Assembly: GCF_004010195.1 (NCBI RefSeq)
Contig: NC_057720.1
Coordinates: forward strand, 7,046,031 to 7,071,271
Source: Chiloscyllium plagiosum
Taxonomy: Eukaryota
Length of the DNA stretch: 25,241 bases
Direction of reading: 5' to 3'
Part shown: positions 1 to 10,431 of the stretch, one piece after another
How positions within the stretch are numbered: position 1 is the first letter of the stretch
Layout: the number at the start of each line of letters is the position of its first letter
Position numbers and translations under genes: made by a program
The notes under the pieces: model-generated
What the model saw: only the letters and a program-made list of their open reading frames with translations
What the model was told of the DNA's origin: nothing
Databases searched by the model: none

Positions 1-490
1 CACTCTAACTACTCACTGCGTGTAAACATTTTCCTCATATCACTCTTGCTCCTGCTGCACATCACTTCTCATTCTGCACCCTCTCATTTGTTTATCTGTT
101 ACAAATGGGAACAGTTGCTCCCTATCTGCTCTGTCCAGTCCAGTTCATTCATGATTTTGAAAATCTTGGGAGTCAAACCTTCTCTCAGCCTATTCTCTCC
201 AGGGACAGCAGTCTCAACGTCTTTAATCCACTGTCTTATTGCAAGTTCCTCATAGCTGGAATCATTCTGGTTAAATCGCTTCTGCACTCTCTCCAATACA
301 TTTGCATCTTTCCTGTAATGAGTCACCCAGAACCGTATACAATCCTTCAGGTGAGGTCTCACAAGTTCAGCAGCACCCCCTTGCTCTTGTACTCAATGAC
401 ACTATTAACAAAGCTGGGGACACTGTATGCTTTATTGACTGCTCTTTCCACCCTCAATCATATGTGCACAAAAACCCCAAGATCTAATTC
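1..490 (-). mobile_element. Degraded CR1 LINE ORF2 3' fragment
   Basis: Minus ORF 99..362 RPHLKDCIRFW..YRKDANVLERVQKRF resembles the CR1 motif RPHLEYCVQFWSP.YRKD...LERVQ.RF. Confidence 0.8.
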
Positions 491-566
491 CAAAGCTCAT
501 AGAATAAAGTGTTCCCTCTGTGCTTTCACTCCTTACCGTGGGATGCATATTCCTCCTTGCAATGAT

Positions 567-1131
567 GGGGAGGCAATGACCTAGTGGTATTATCGCCAGA
601 CTGTTAATCCAGAGATAGGAGAGAGTGAGGACTGCAGGTGCTGGAGAGTCAGAGTCGAAAAGGGTGGTGCTGGTCAGACAGCATCCGAGGAGCAGGAGAG
701 TCGATGTTTCAGGCATATGCCTTTCCTGATGAGGGGTTTATGTCAGAAACATCGACTCTCCTGATCCTCGGATGTTGCCTGACCTGCTGTGCGTTTCCAG
801 CACCACACTTTTTTGACTCTGTGAATCCAAAGGCCCAGGTAATGTTCTGGGGACCCAGGTTAGAATCCTGCCACAGCAGATGGTATAAGTTGAACTCAGT
901 TAAATCTCAAATTAAGAATCTAATGAGGGCCGTGAATCCATTGTTGGAAAAACCCATCTGGTTCAATAATGAACTTTAGGGAAGGAATCTGCCAATCTGG
1001 CCCAGTCTGGCCTACATGTACAACAAAATCCACAACAATGTGGTTGTCTCTTAACTGCCCTCTGGGCAATGAGGCATGAGCAATAAATGCTGATCGAGTC
1101 AGTGCTTTCATCCCATGGAGGAATTTAAAAA
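567..1131 (+). mobile_element. tRNA-derived SINE (called family S here), split by a Penelope-type insertion
   Basis: A-box-like gacctagtgg and B-box-like ggttagaatcc; body aacccatctggttca...ggaaggaatctgcc; tail gggcaat...caataaatgctg. The same blocks recur at 15525 (+) and at 11440, 12055 and 21105 (-). Confidence 0.75.
618..818. mobile_element. Fold-back Penelope-like terminus, family P1, with hammerhead motif at 722-757 (+)
   Basis: Inverted arms gcatccgaggagcaggagagtcgatgtttc / gaaacatcgactctcctgatcctcggatgt; CTGATGA...GAAA core; imperfect TSD ctgttaatccagag (601-614) / ctgtgaatccaaag (819-832). Confidence 0.75.
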
Positions 1132-1211
1132 TAATTGAATTTCAGTCATAATCCGTTTTCTGTGTATGATCCACTCTGACTGCTGAAACTGGTGTGCAAA
1201 ACTGGGAACTC

Positions 1212-1475
1212 ATAGGATAACATAGGATATATGGTACTGAAACAGGCCATTCAGCCCACTGGCCCTACACCAGTGTTTCTGTTCCACTTCAGTGTCCTCC
1301 TGTCTTTCCTCTTCTTAATCAATAATTATTCTCTATTCCCTCCTTTATTTCCTAGCCCAGCCTCTCCCATCCATGCTCCTTGCTTCAATCCCCCACTCCC
1401 CCTCCCCAACCCCTGTAGGGGCCAGCTCCGCACTCCCACCAGTCTTTGGGTAAAGACGTCACTTCTTGGAATTCA
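1212..1475 (-). mobile_element. Old CR1 3' end fragment
   Basis: cataggat repeat followed by aggccattcagccc (reverse complement of the CR1 3' stem-loop) and accagtctttgggtaaaga. Confidence 0.55.
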
Positions 1476-1995
1476 TCTACTAACTCACTCCTCCTTCCTC
1501 CCTCACCATCTCTCACTGACATTTCCCCAGATACGATACAGCATAGAAGGGAGCCATTCGACCCATTTTGTCCAGCCAATTCAACGCAGGAGCCTCGGAT
1601 TTTCCTGATCTACAGGGGGTGGGGGGAGGCTCTGTTGGTAACTGGATAAACTCACTGAGTTCTCTGAAGAGCCAAAAATGATCAATTTTGATTCAGTCTA
1701 GCTAAAACAACGTATGTATCATGGCTCTGGATTGAAGTGAGGAGGGAAGGGCGGGGGGGGGGGGATCGGTGGCATTGGGAGAGCAAAAGAGTTACTGGAA
1801 TTGTTCAAGAAAAGGTCGGACGTGAATCTTTCTTTTCGGCTGCACTAGATCTGTGGGTTTGCCTCTTACAGAGTGACATCACAGAAAAGCCACACCAGGA
1901 CACGCACGTACACCATCCCCCACCCGAAAGACATTTCTTTTTTTCTTTTTGTTTTTGTCAATATGTTTCTTTTCCCCCCTACCCCAGGAACTAAC

Positions 1996-2092
1996 CTTGG
2001 TTAAGTGTTGAAGTGCTGTTGATTTCACCTGAGATAAAGGAAGATTCTGATTGTTTTCGCACAGTGTCATTCCACATCCTTCTAATACGACT
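1996..2092 (-). CDS. ADGRL2: Latrophilin (ADGRL2-like) coding exon, 97 nt, cytoplasmic tail
   Basis: Minus strand reads tattcacag|AGTCGTATTAGAAGGATGTGG...CTTAACCAAG|gttagt, phase 0-1. It translates to [32 protein letters not shown](G), one residue from recalled ADGRL2 (…[13 protein letters not shown]), and joins in frame to the 21854-21726 exon. Confidence 0.95.
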
Positions 2093-2631
2093 CTGTGAAT
2101 AGGCCAAATAGGCTGGTGAGCAAAAAAAAACACGCCGGAAAAAGAGAGAGAGAAAAAAAAGGCCAGTCTACATGAGAGCGATTACAAAATGGACGACTGA
2201 ACTTTGACATGTCTCGGATCGTGGGGGCATTGCACTGACTTTGCACTGACTTTGGAGGGATGCTACCCCATTGTTCTCAAAGCCTGCTGGGATAGCAAGG
2301 GAGCCACTTCACACGGAGTTAATACTCTTGGATGAACACCCACCCAAACATACTAGCGCTGACTTCGAAGAAGGATGGGAGTGCTCACTTCTCTTCTTGA
2401 CAATGCCCTTTCACTCATTGCTTGGTGAGTGGTCAGCAAGTGAGTCTTGTTGCGGGAAGCCAGCCTCCTCTCTTCAGGAGGCCCTAAGCTAAAAGCATTC
2501 TGCCTTTTATGCTGATTCCTGATTGGGAATGTCCCTCCTCCCTGTCCGTGTGCACAACCAGCTTTGTGTCCAAAAACAAAACGTTGGCTGTTGCTCAGTT
2601 CTCTTATGTGGGGCCTATCTCCCCTTGTGCA

Positions 2632-2785
2632 GGGTCCAGTGACGCTTCTTCAGAACTATCTCCCCCAGATCATGACCCAATGGTGGCACACCAGGCTACT
2701 GTGTCCAAAACAGTCGCTAATCTCATTTCATCTGGGGATCTCCTCCACTACTGCCTCCATGCTCGTTGTCCCCCAACCCTACACC
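2632..2785. mobile_element. Penelope-like fragment: inverted P2 terminus fused to a reverse-transcriptase-ORF piece
   Basis: Plus strand encodes DHDPMVAHQATVSKTVANLISSGDL / VVPQP, similar to the PLE ORF region preceding FYLLPKIHK. It is an inverted homolog of about 3362-3520. Confidence 0.65.
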
Positions 2786-2885
2786 AATCCACCCATGTCT
2801 CATGTTCACTCAGCAATAGGTGATGGGTTTTTGAAAATATAGTGATTCAGCTTAAAATCTGAAACACAAGCCAGCGAGCGCAGGA

Positions 2886-3090
2886 CAAAATCCAGCTGGT
2901 CTGGCAATATCTGCAGAGACTGAAACAGTTAATGTTTCAAAATCAAAACAGAAATTGCCAGAAAAGCTCAGTGGGTCTGGCAATATCTGCAGAGACTGAA
3001 ACAGTTAATGTTTCGAAGTAAAATCAGAAATTGCCAGAAAAGCTCAGCAGGTCTGGCAGCATCTATGGAGACAAATCAGAGTGACCCGCC
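2886..3090 (-). repeat. About 2.7 tandem copies (76-nt period) of the P2 Penelope-like terminus
   Basis: ggtctggca recurs at 2898, 2974 and 3050; the first two share ggtctggcaatatctgcagagactgaaacagttaatgtttc exactly. Confidence 0.8.
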
Positions 3091-3186
3091 CTTGGAGCTA
3101 CATTTTTGTTGGGAAAGAGATAGAAGCGTAGAAGTGTAGGATTGAGGAACTGCAAGCGTTGTTAGTTAATGCTTCCGGTCTAATAG

Positions 3187-3590
3187 ACGAAAAAAAACCA
3201 AAGAACTGTGGATGTTGGAAATCAGACGCAAAATCAGAAATAGTTGGAAAAACTCAACAAGTCAGGCAGCATCTGTAGAGAGAAATCAGAATTAACATTG
3301 TGGGTCCAGAGATTCTTCTTCAGAAGTGCTTGTTTTTGGGGAAGGTGGTAGATGCAGGCAATATAGGGTTGGGGGACGAGTGTGGAGACAGTGGGAGGAG
3401 ATGGAGGGGGTGAGATCCCCAGATGAAATGAGATTGGTGACAGTTTTGGACACAATAGCCTTTTGTGCCACGATGGGGTCACAGTCTGGGGAGATAGTTC
3501 TGAAGAAGGGTCACTGGACCTTGAATGTTAACTCTGACTTCTCTCCACAGACCTGCTGAGATTTTCCAGCAATTTCTGATTTTGTTTTAC
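3187..3590. mobile_element. Penelope-like non-autonomous element, family P2: inverted termini around a ~170-nt ORF fragment
   Basis: Arms 3230-3325 and 3497-3587 are reverse complements. The internal minus strand encodes DPIVAQKAIVSKTVTNLISSGDL / LVPQPYIACIYHLPQK. Degenerate hammerhead CTGAAGA at 3500. Candidate TSD tccggtctaa (3174-3183) / tctggtctaa (3592-3601). Confidence 0.75.
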
Positions 3591-3606
3591 GTCTGGTCTA
3601 ACTGCT

Positions 3607-3755
3607 CAGAGTCATACTGGACTTTTTTCAAACAATTCATTCACAGAATTTTGGAAACATTGACTCCGTTTCTCTCTCGAAAGAAGCTGCCAGACTTGCC
3701 GAGTTTCTCTGGGACTTCCTGTTTTTTTCGATCACCATCATCTGTAGTCTTGGCT
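3607..3755 (+). mobile_element. Older P2-type terminus fragment
   Basis: gtcatactggact...gaaacattgactccgtttctctctc...gctgccagacttgccgagtttctc resembles 11668-11790. Confidence 0.55.
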
Positions 3756-3901
3756 AAAATATGACAATGTTCATTTTTCCTGATTGCTGGCTATTCCATT
3801 AAGCTTTGAAACCATTTTGGACTGAATACTTAAGAGAAGGAAATACAAGCATTTTAAATTATTTTAAAAACTGATACACAGCCAATGATTAACAATCACA
3901 C

Positions 3902-4290
3902 TGAGGGACTTGAGGCTGTTTTTGTTAGAGAGAAGAAGGTTGAGAGGTGACTTAATTGAGACATAGAAGATAATCATAGGGTTAGATAGGGTGGACAGGG
4001 AGAGCTTTTTTCCTAGGATCGTGATGGACAGCACAAGGGGGCATAGCTTTAAATTGAGGGATGATAGATATAGGACAGATGTCAGAGGTAGTTTCTTTAC
4101 TCAGAGAGTAGTTGCACTGCCTGCAACAGTTGTGGATTCACCAACTTTATGGGAATTGAAATGGTCATTGGATAGGCATATGGACGAGAATGGAATAGTG
4201 TAGGTTAGATGGGTTTCAGATTGGTTTCACAGGGTGGCGCAACATTGAGGGCCGAAGGGTCTGTACTGTGCTGTAATGTTCTATGTTCCA
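3902..4290 (+). mobile_element. CR1 (HER1-like) LINE, 5'-truncated 3' end
   Basis: Encodes TRGHSFKL...RTDVRGSFFTQRVV; ends gggccgaagggtctgtactgtgctgtaatgttctatgttc. Confidence 0.9.
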
Positions 4291-4572
4291 CGTAGGAAAT
4301 AATTAGATTTTTTTTTCCTGAAATGGTGCCTTCAATTTGAAAATCAACCTCTGGAAAAAAAATATCGGCAGAGAATAACTCATGTTGTGATTTCTACAAC
4401 CTTAGCCTTGAAAACATCCGAAGCACAAGGTGATTGGCTCAGGAACAGCAAATAAAAATGATTCATATTCTTAAAATAGAGGCAGATGTTTGGGTCTTTT
4501 GCTACCAGTGGAAATACATTGGAGCTGCACATGCAAGGCAGGCCTTGCCAGAGTTTTTGAGAAACAAGATTA

Positions 4573-4896
4573 GGGCAGCATTGGGCCTCAGTGGTTAGCA
4601 CTGCTGCCTCACAGCGCCAGGGACCCAGGTTCGATTCCAGCCTCGGGTGACTCTCTGTGTGGAGTTTGCACATTCTCCCTGTGTCTGCATGGGTTGCCTC
4701 CGGGTGCTCCAGTTTCCTCCCACAATCCAAAGATGTGCAGGTTAGGGTGGATTGGCCATGCTATCTCAGTGACCAGCAATGTGTAGGTTAACCATGGGAA
4801 ATGCAGGGTTTATAGGGATTGGGTGGGAAGGTCTTTGGAGGGTTGTCAAAGGCTCAATGGGATGAATAGCCTGCTTCACTGCTGTAGGGATTCTAT
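4573..4896 (+). mobile_element. HE1-type V-SINE
   Basis: tRNA head cagtggttagcactgctgcctcacagcgccagggacccaggttcgattcc; V-domain tgtgtggagtttgcacattctccc...gggtgctccagtttcctcccacaatccaaagatgtgcagg. Confidence 0.9.
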
Positions 4897-5144
4897 ACAA
4901 TAGACAATGTTGGGATGCAGGTGACAATGGGTGGACTTGACTTCTGATGTTGGACAGAAATTGTCTTTTCTTTTCCTCTTTGGTAAGTATACTTGGGCCT
5001 TTTGTAAACTGTGTGAAATCCATGATGCATTTTGTGGGCAGTTGCCAATTAAAAGAAAAACTATTTGTGTTTATTTTTCATGTATTTTTACACGGTAAAA
5101 ATATCCTTAAGCCAGTTTATCATAGCATTTTTATCTAAAATGAA

Positions 5145-5300
5145 TTTGACACTTGGCCATACCATGAGATAACAGGCCAAGCAACTATAAACTTGGCCAA
5201 AGAAGGAAGCTTTCAGGAAAATCCGAAAGGAGGGAAGGGACATGGAAAATTCTAAATGGTCATGAGGGCAGAGTTGGATGCCTGAAAAGGAAGAGAAGAT
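5145..5300 (-). mobile_element. Probable old L2-type LINE 3' fragment
   Basis: ttgacac...aaacttggccaaagaaggaagctttcaggaaaatccgaaaggagggaagg resembles the recalled antisense L2 3' end; heavily diverged. Confidence 0.4.
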
Positions 5301-6150
5301 TATAAATGTAGGGAAGGCCAAATTCATGAAGGGATTACGTTGAGCAGTTCAAAGGGGGAAGGATATAGACTAGTATTTAGGTTGTGCATCTCTCATTCAC
5401 ATCTCAAAGAACTTCACGTGGAATGAATTATTTGGGAGTGCTGTCACTGGCAGATCACACAAACACCAAGGAGCTGAATAACCACAGATAAGTTTGAACC
5501 TTGTCTGTTGCTCGGATGGAGTTCTGGATAGTACTGCCTCAGCTGTGGGGCATGTTACAAAGAAGCCATGTTGTTTGAGCACTGGACAGTGAAACATGAA
5601 GAAACAATTCCCTCATTTTTGACACCAGGTGAAGAAGGACAAGTTTAATGCACAATGTCAGAGCACCTTATCTAATCACCTGCACATCCCAAAGTATGGT
5701 TGACTTAATTATTCTATTTTTAAACTTACACACTGTGCTGACATAGCAAACGTCTGCACAAGGAACGCCTGAGATTGGAAATGAGGTCATGGACCATCAG
5801 CTCAGTTTCAAGGATGGAATGTTGTCCACGTCCCTTGGGGGCACTTACTGTTGTTCCATCAACTTGAGTGAACAGTGCTCAGCAGAAGATCCCAGGTCAG
5901 ATGCCTGTCCTGCAAACCTCGTCTAAACTGCTCTCAAAGATCACAATTTTCGCTTGATATTTTATCAGTAAAGTTTCTTTCACCCGATTGTGATGTTCTC
6001 AAGAGCCCAGGGTTCTGCTTTCTTCTGTCTAATACTAACAGAAACCCACAAGCCAAAATCTCGAGCACACTGAGGTTTGAAAGTTGATTTCTAAAACAGA
6101 ATGCCCGATTAAAAGTCACCACTCCAAAACTATTAATTCTATTTCTTTTG

Positions 6151-6262
6151 TTCTGAGATAGTCATACCCGACTCGAAATGCTAACTCTGTTTCTCTCTCC
6201 CTGCTCAGTCTCTCCAGCTCTTTCTGTTTTTAGTTTCAGCATCCGCATGGTTTTGTTTTTGT
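6151..6262 (+). mobile_element. P2-type terminus with degenerate hammerhead
   Basis: ttctgagatagtcatacccgactcGAAAtgctaactctgtttctctctcc. Confidence 0.6.
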
Positions 6263-6404
6263 CGCATGGTCAATCTTCTTTTCTAAATGTGGGAGACAGG
6301 TCCTAAAGATTAATGAACTTGAAAGACGGTAGTAACCTTCCGTTTCAATAGACTATACAATCTCTACAAAGGGAGAACAGTATTGTCCTCTGCAAGACTT
6401 TACG

Positions 6405-6525
6405 GAGGATGCAGAGATGCTGTCGTGTGAAACAATAATAGAAATTGTGCTGGAGAAGCTCAGCAGGTCTGGCAGCATTTGTGGAAGTGCTTTTGTTTCT
6501 GATTTCCAGCAGTTCTTTCAGTTTT
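6405..6525. mobile_element. Degraded fold-back P2-type terminus
   Basis: gctggagaagctcagcaggtctggcagcatttgtgga followed by the opposite-sense ttttgtttctgatttccagcagttcttt. Confidence 0.55.
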
Positions 6526-6529
6526 CATG

Positions 6530-7410
6530 CTTTAATGTGTAATTTGCACAATGTGGGTGTGTGGTCAAATGCACACCAGATGAGGTATATTGTGGTTAAG
6601 TGTGAGGTTAACCACTTTGTAGCGAAAAAACAGGAAGACAGGTTATGATCTGAATGGTGATGGATTGGGAAAGGGGGACGTGCAACGACACCTGAGTGTT
6701 CTTGTAAACCAGTCACTGCAACTAAGCATACAGGTGCAGCAGGCAGTGACAAAGGCAAATTGTTTGTCTATTGGTCTTCATAGCGAGAGGTTTCCAATAC
6801 TGGAGCAGGGATGTCTCGCTGCAATTATACAGGTTCTCAGTAAGACCACACCTGGAGTACTGTGTGCAGTTTTGGTCTCCTTACCTGGGGAAGGAAGTAC
6901 TGGCGATGGAGGATGTGCAATGAAGGCTGACCAGACTGATTCCTGGAATGGAGGCATTGATGTACAAATAGAGACTGGATTAGTTAGGACAACGTTCATT
7001 GGAGTTTAGAAGGGTCTGTAGGGGGAGGTGGGGGATCTCAAAGAACCTGTAAAATTCTAACAGGAATAGACAAGATAAACATGGGGAAGGGTGTTCTCGA
7101 AGACTGGGGAGTCCAGAACCAGGGGTCACAGTCTAATCATATGGGGAGGTCCATTTAGGACTGAGATGAGGAGAAATTTCTTCACCCAGAGAGTGGTGAG
7201 CCTGTTGAGTTCATTCAGCAGGAAGTGGTTGAGGTCAAACATTGAATGGAGAAGAGGATGGATGAAGTTCTTCAGGCTAAAGGGATCCATTGGTATGGAT
7301 AAAAACAGGGAACAGGGGACTGAGTTAGATGATCAGCCATGATCATATTGAATAGTGGTGCAGGCTCGAAGGGCCGAATGGCCTACTCCAGCTCCTATTT
7401 CCACTGTTTC
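6530..7410 (+). mobile_element. CR1 LINE 3' portion, frameshifted
   Basis: Motifs KCEV.HF, VQRHLSVLV, agaccacacctggagtactgtgtgcagttttggtctcc (RPHLEYCVQFWSP), SRTRGHSL, RRNFFTQRVV; 3' UTR gggccgaatggcctactcc. Confidence 0.92.
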
Positions 7411-7477
7411 GTAAAATGGTTTCAGAGGTTTTTGGTGAAAAAAGTCTATTTTAACAAATGAAACTTAAAAGGGATTG

Positions 7478-7690
7478 ATAGGAGCTTGTTGCACCATTCA
7501 ATAAGGTCACATGACTGATCTGGCCTTGAGTTCCCTTTCCAGCCTTCCCCTTCATAGCCTTAATTCATCAAAAGTCTGTCTCACTCAATGACCCAACCTC
7601 CAGTGTTGCCTGGGGAAGGAAATCGCAAACATGAACCAACACAAGAGAGACTCCTCTTCATCTCCATCTTAAGTGGGAGCCCATTTATTT
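7478..7690 (-). mobile_element. Degraded CR1 3' end
   Basis: caccattcaataag...tgactgatct and cctcttcatctccatcttaagtggg are antisense CR1 3' UTR/ORF-end motifs, as in 13262-13703. Confidence 0.55.
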
Positions 7691-8123
7691 ACAGAGTGTG
7701 TTTCTCTGTGAAAGAAATTGGGATATGTTTCTTCACAAAAGATGCCATTCACACAAAGTGCTATTATCAGTGAGACAAGCCAGTGAACACCTAGTTTGGA
7801 AACCACCATAAAGGTGCATCTGTCGAACAAAATGCATGGCTTGCTTGGTGAGAGAGAGAGAAGGGGGTCTAGTCTTATGGTAGTGTCTCTTTCTGTGCCA
7901 TGTGTCACAGCTGGATTGGTCAGGACAGAAGTAAAGCAACAAATTGCCCCAACCATGAGTCAATGATGGGTGCATGATATTCATTCACAGACATGGACAA
8001 TATCAGAACAAGATTCATCTCTAAGTTAGCTGTCCATTCTACTGAAAGCTCAAACAGTTCAGGTAGAAAGATTAAACCAATCACCTGTATGTAGTGACAA
8101 TGTTTTCTGAAAAAAAAGAATTT

Positions 8124-8225
8124 CATTTATATATAACCTCAGGATGTTCCAACATGTTCTATAGCCAGTGAAGTACTTTGAGAACTATAATTGCTGTTGT
8201 CATGTAGGAAACACAATGTAGTCAG
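8124..8225 (-). mobile_element. Deu-domain SINE (SacSINE1/AmnSINE-like) 3' fragment
   Basis: catttatata..acctcaggatgttcc...agccagtgaagtactttgag...tgttgtcatgtaggaaac matches the recalled antisense DeuSINE tail. Confidence 0.6.
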
Positions 8226-8827
8226 GATCACTGAAGCAGCGGGTCGGGGGGGGGACAAAGAGAAAGAGAGAGAGGGTTGGGGGGGGTAGAGATAGGGGAT
8301 GAGACTGGAAGGACATATCGTCTGGAGGAACATCAACTTGGTGAAAGACGCTCTTTGGTCTGCCTGAAATCTGTTGTTTTTCCAGAACAAGGAGCTGACC
8401 AGGACTGAATGTTGGCAGTCTGGCACATTCCAAGGTCCAGGACTACGTGCTGAGGGATGCACTGAAGTTTAGGGCAGCTGCTGCCAATGTACAGTGGGGA
8501 AAGACCACCGTCTGAGGGATTCCTGCTGAAGTTAAAAGGGGGTCTATCCAGTTATCGGACCCTCCTAGTGCCTCAAATGCATGTAAATATAGTCATTAGT
8601 CTGTTGACAGAGTCAAAGTCCAGTGTTTTTGTTTCCTTGATAGACTACAGTCCTGATTTGAATTGCATTTGTAACTATGAATATACGAAGAGATATGTTT
8701 TATGAACCAAGTATGTTTCTGAGAGAAAGAAGGTTCCCCCAGGACAAGGTTAGCCCACTGCACTTTGGGTCTGCTGATCCCTACGATGTCCCCAAATGCA
8801 GGCCAAAACTAACCATAAGGTGAATGT

Positions 8828-8962
8828 GGAGAAAGTGAGGACTGCAGATGCTGGAGGTCACAGTTGAGAGTGTGGTGCTGGAAAAGCACAGCGGGTCAAG
8901 CAGCATCCAAGGAGCAGGAGAATCTGCTGTGACCTGCTGTGCTTTTCCAGCACCTCACTCTC
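8828..8962. mobile_element. Fold-back Penelope-like terminus, family P1, with a perfect 12-bp TSD
   Basis: Starts ggagaaagtgaggactgcagatgctgg; arms gtgctggaaaagcacagcgggtca / tgacctgctgtgcttttccagcac; TSD ataaggtgaatg at 8815-8826 and 8967-8978. Confidence 0.85.
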
Positions 8963-9444
8963 TAATATAAGGTGAATGCCCCAATCAAAAATCACCAGGG
9001 CCAAGTTCCCAAAGTGGTTCAGTGATACTCCCTTACTGCTCCTGCGATCGAGTCAGTGTCAGAGAGAAATCGAAGATTCTGGAGATTGGGACACTCCCTC
9101 TCTCAGTCTAAAACCAGATGTGAATGGTGCAGCATGGAAGAGAGGGCACTTAGCCCATTGTGTCTCTACTGGGCCCTGCTGCAAACAGTCCACCACTGAG
9201 GTCTCCTCATGCACATCAGTACAAACCCATGAACACAAACGGAGATCCATGGTATCTTGAGCTGGTTGCATTTTTCAACCATTTGATTCTCACAGGGATT
9301 GGGCACAGAGTCAGGTTAAAGGCATAACCCACCTACCAGAAGCCACATTTTATTTCCAAAGCATGTCAAGAATATTTGACAGTGGAGTGCCTGGCAAACA
9401 GCATTGAAAGTCTAGTGGCAAACTTTGTAATGCTGCCTGATGCT

Positions 9445-9726
9445 GATAGATAGAACATAGATAGAACATAGAACAATACAGCACAGAACAGGCCCTTCGG
9501 CCCACGATGTTGTGCCGAACATTTGTCCTAGCTTAAGCACCCATCCATGTACCTATCCACTTAAAGGTCACCAAAGATTCTGACTCTACCACTCCCACAG
9601 GCAGCGCATTCCATGCCCCCACCACTCTCTGGGTAAAGAACCCACCCCTGACATCTCCCCTATACCTTCCACCCTTCACCTTAAATTTATGTCCCCTTGT
9701 AAAACTCTGTTGCACCCGGGGAAAAA
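9445..9726 (-). mobile_element. CR1 (HER1-like) 3' end with (TTCTATG/TCTA) tail
   Basis: Encodes TRGHKFKVKGGRYRGDVRGGFFTQRVVGAWNALP; tail seen on + as atagaacatagatagaacatagaac. Confidence 0.92.
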
Positions 9727-9784
9727 GTGGGAGGAAACTAGAGCACCCAGAGGAAACCCACACAGACATGGGGAGAATGTGCAA
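9727..9784 (-). mobile_element. HE1 V-domain fragment abutting the gap
   Basis: gtgggaggaaactagagcacccagaggaaacccacacagacatggggagaatgtgcaa matches the other HE1 copies. Confidence 0.8.
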
Positions 9785-10431
9785 NNNNNNNNNNNNNNNN
9801 NNNNNNNNNNNNNNNNNNNNNNNNNNNNNNNNNNNNNNNNNNNNNNNNNNNNNNNNNNNNNNNNNNNNNNNNNNNNNNNNNNNNNNNNNNNNNNNNNNNN
9901 NNNNNNNNNNNNNNNNNNNNNNNNNNNNNNNNNNNNNNNNNNNNNNNNNNNNNNNNNNNNNNNNNNNNNNNNNNNNNNNNNNNNNNNNNNNNNNNNNNNN
10001 NNNNNNNNNNNNNNNNNNNNNNNNNNNNNNNNNNNNNNNNNNNNNNNNNNNNNNNNNNNNNNNNNNNNNNNNNNNNNNNNNNNNNNNNNNNNNNNNNNNN
10101 NNNNNNNNNNNNNNNNNNNNNNNNNNNNNNNNNNNNNNNNNNNNNNNNNNNNNNNNNNNNNNNNNNNNNNNNNNNNNNNNNNNNNNNNNNNNNNNNNNNN
10201 NNNNNNNNNNNNNNNNNNNNNNNNNNNNNNNNNNNNNNNNNNNNNNNNNNNNNNNNNNNNNNNNNNNNNNNNNNNNNNNNNNNNNNNNNNNNNNNNNNNN
10301 NNNNNNNNNNNNNNNNNNNNNNNNNNNNNNNNNNNNNNNNNNNNNNNNNNNNNNNNNNNNNNNNNNNNNNNNNNNNNNNNNNNNNNNNNNNNNNNNNNNN
10401 NNNNNNNNNNNNNNNNNNNNNNNNNNNNNNN
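9785..10431. other. Assembly gap (647 N)
   Basis: Run of n characters. Confidence 1.

Noticed and set aside
1996..2028. Apparent 33-nt micro-exon (ttcctttatctcag|GTGAAATC...)
   Set aside because: It is the 3' part of the 97-nt exon; the sequence upstream of it encodes conserved [14 protein letters not shown].
1879..2133. 84-aa minus ORF from the track overlapping the exon
   Set aside because: It is an alternative frame; the conserved latrophilin peptide is in a different frame.
2375..2424. Plus-strand ATG with good context (MGVLTSLLDNALSLIA) ending at TG|GTGAGT
   Set aside because: Antisense inside the latrophilin intron, no recognisable protein and no partner exon found.
2886..3090. Repeat-spacer appearance resembling a CRISPR array
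   Set aside because: Whole units are repeated with no unique spacers, the context is eukaryotic, and the unit is a PLE terminus.
4573..4645. tRNA gene-like A/B boxes (also in the other HE1 and family S copies)
   Set aside because: These are SINE heads followed by SINE bodies, not tRNA genes.
5849..6090. Minus-strand AG...GTAAGT-bounded 242-nt segment
   Set aside because: Stops in all three frames, and no latrophilin sequence is missing between the two real exons.
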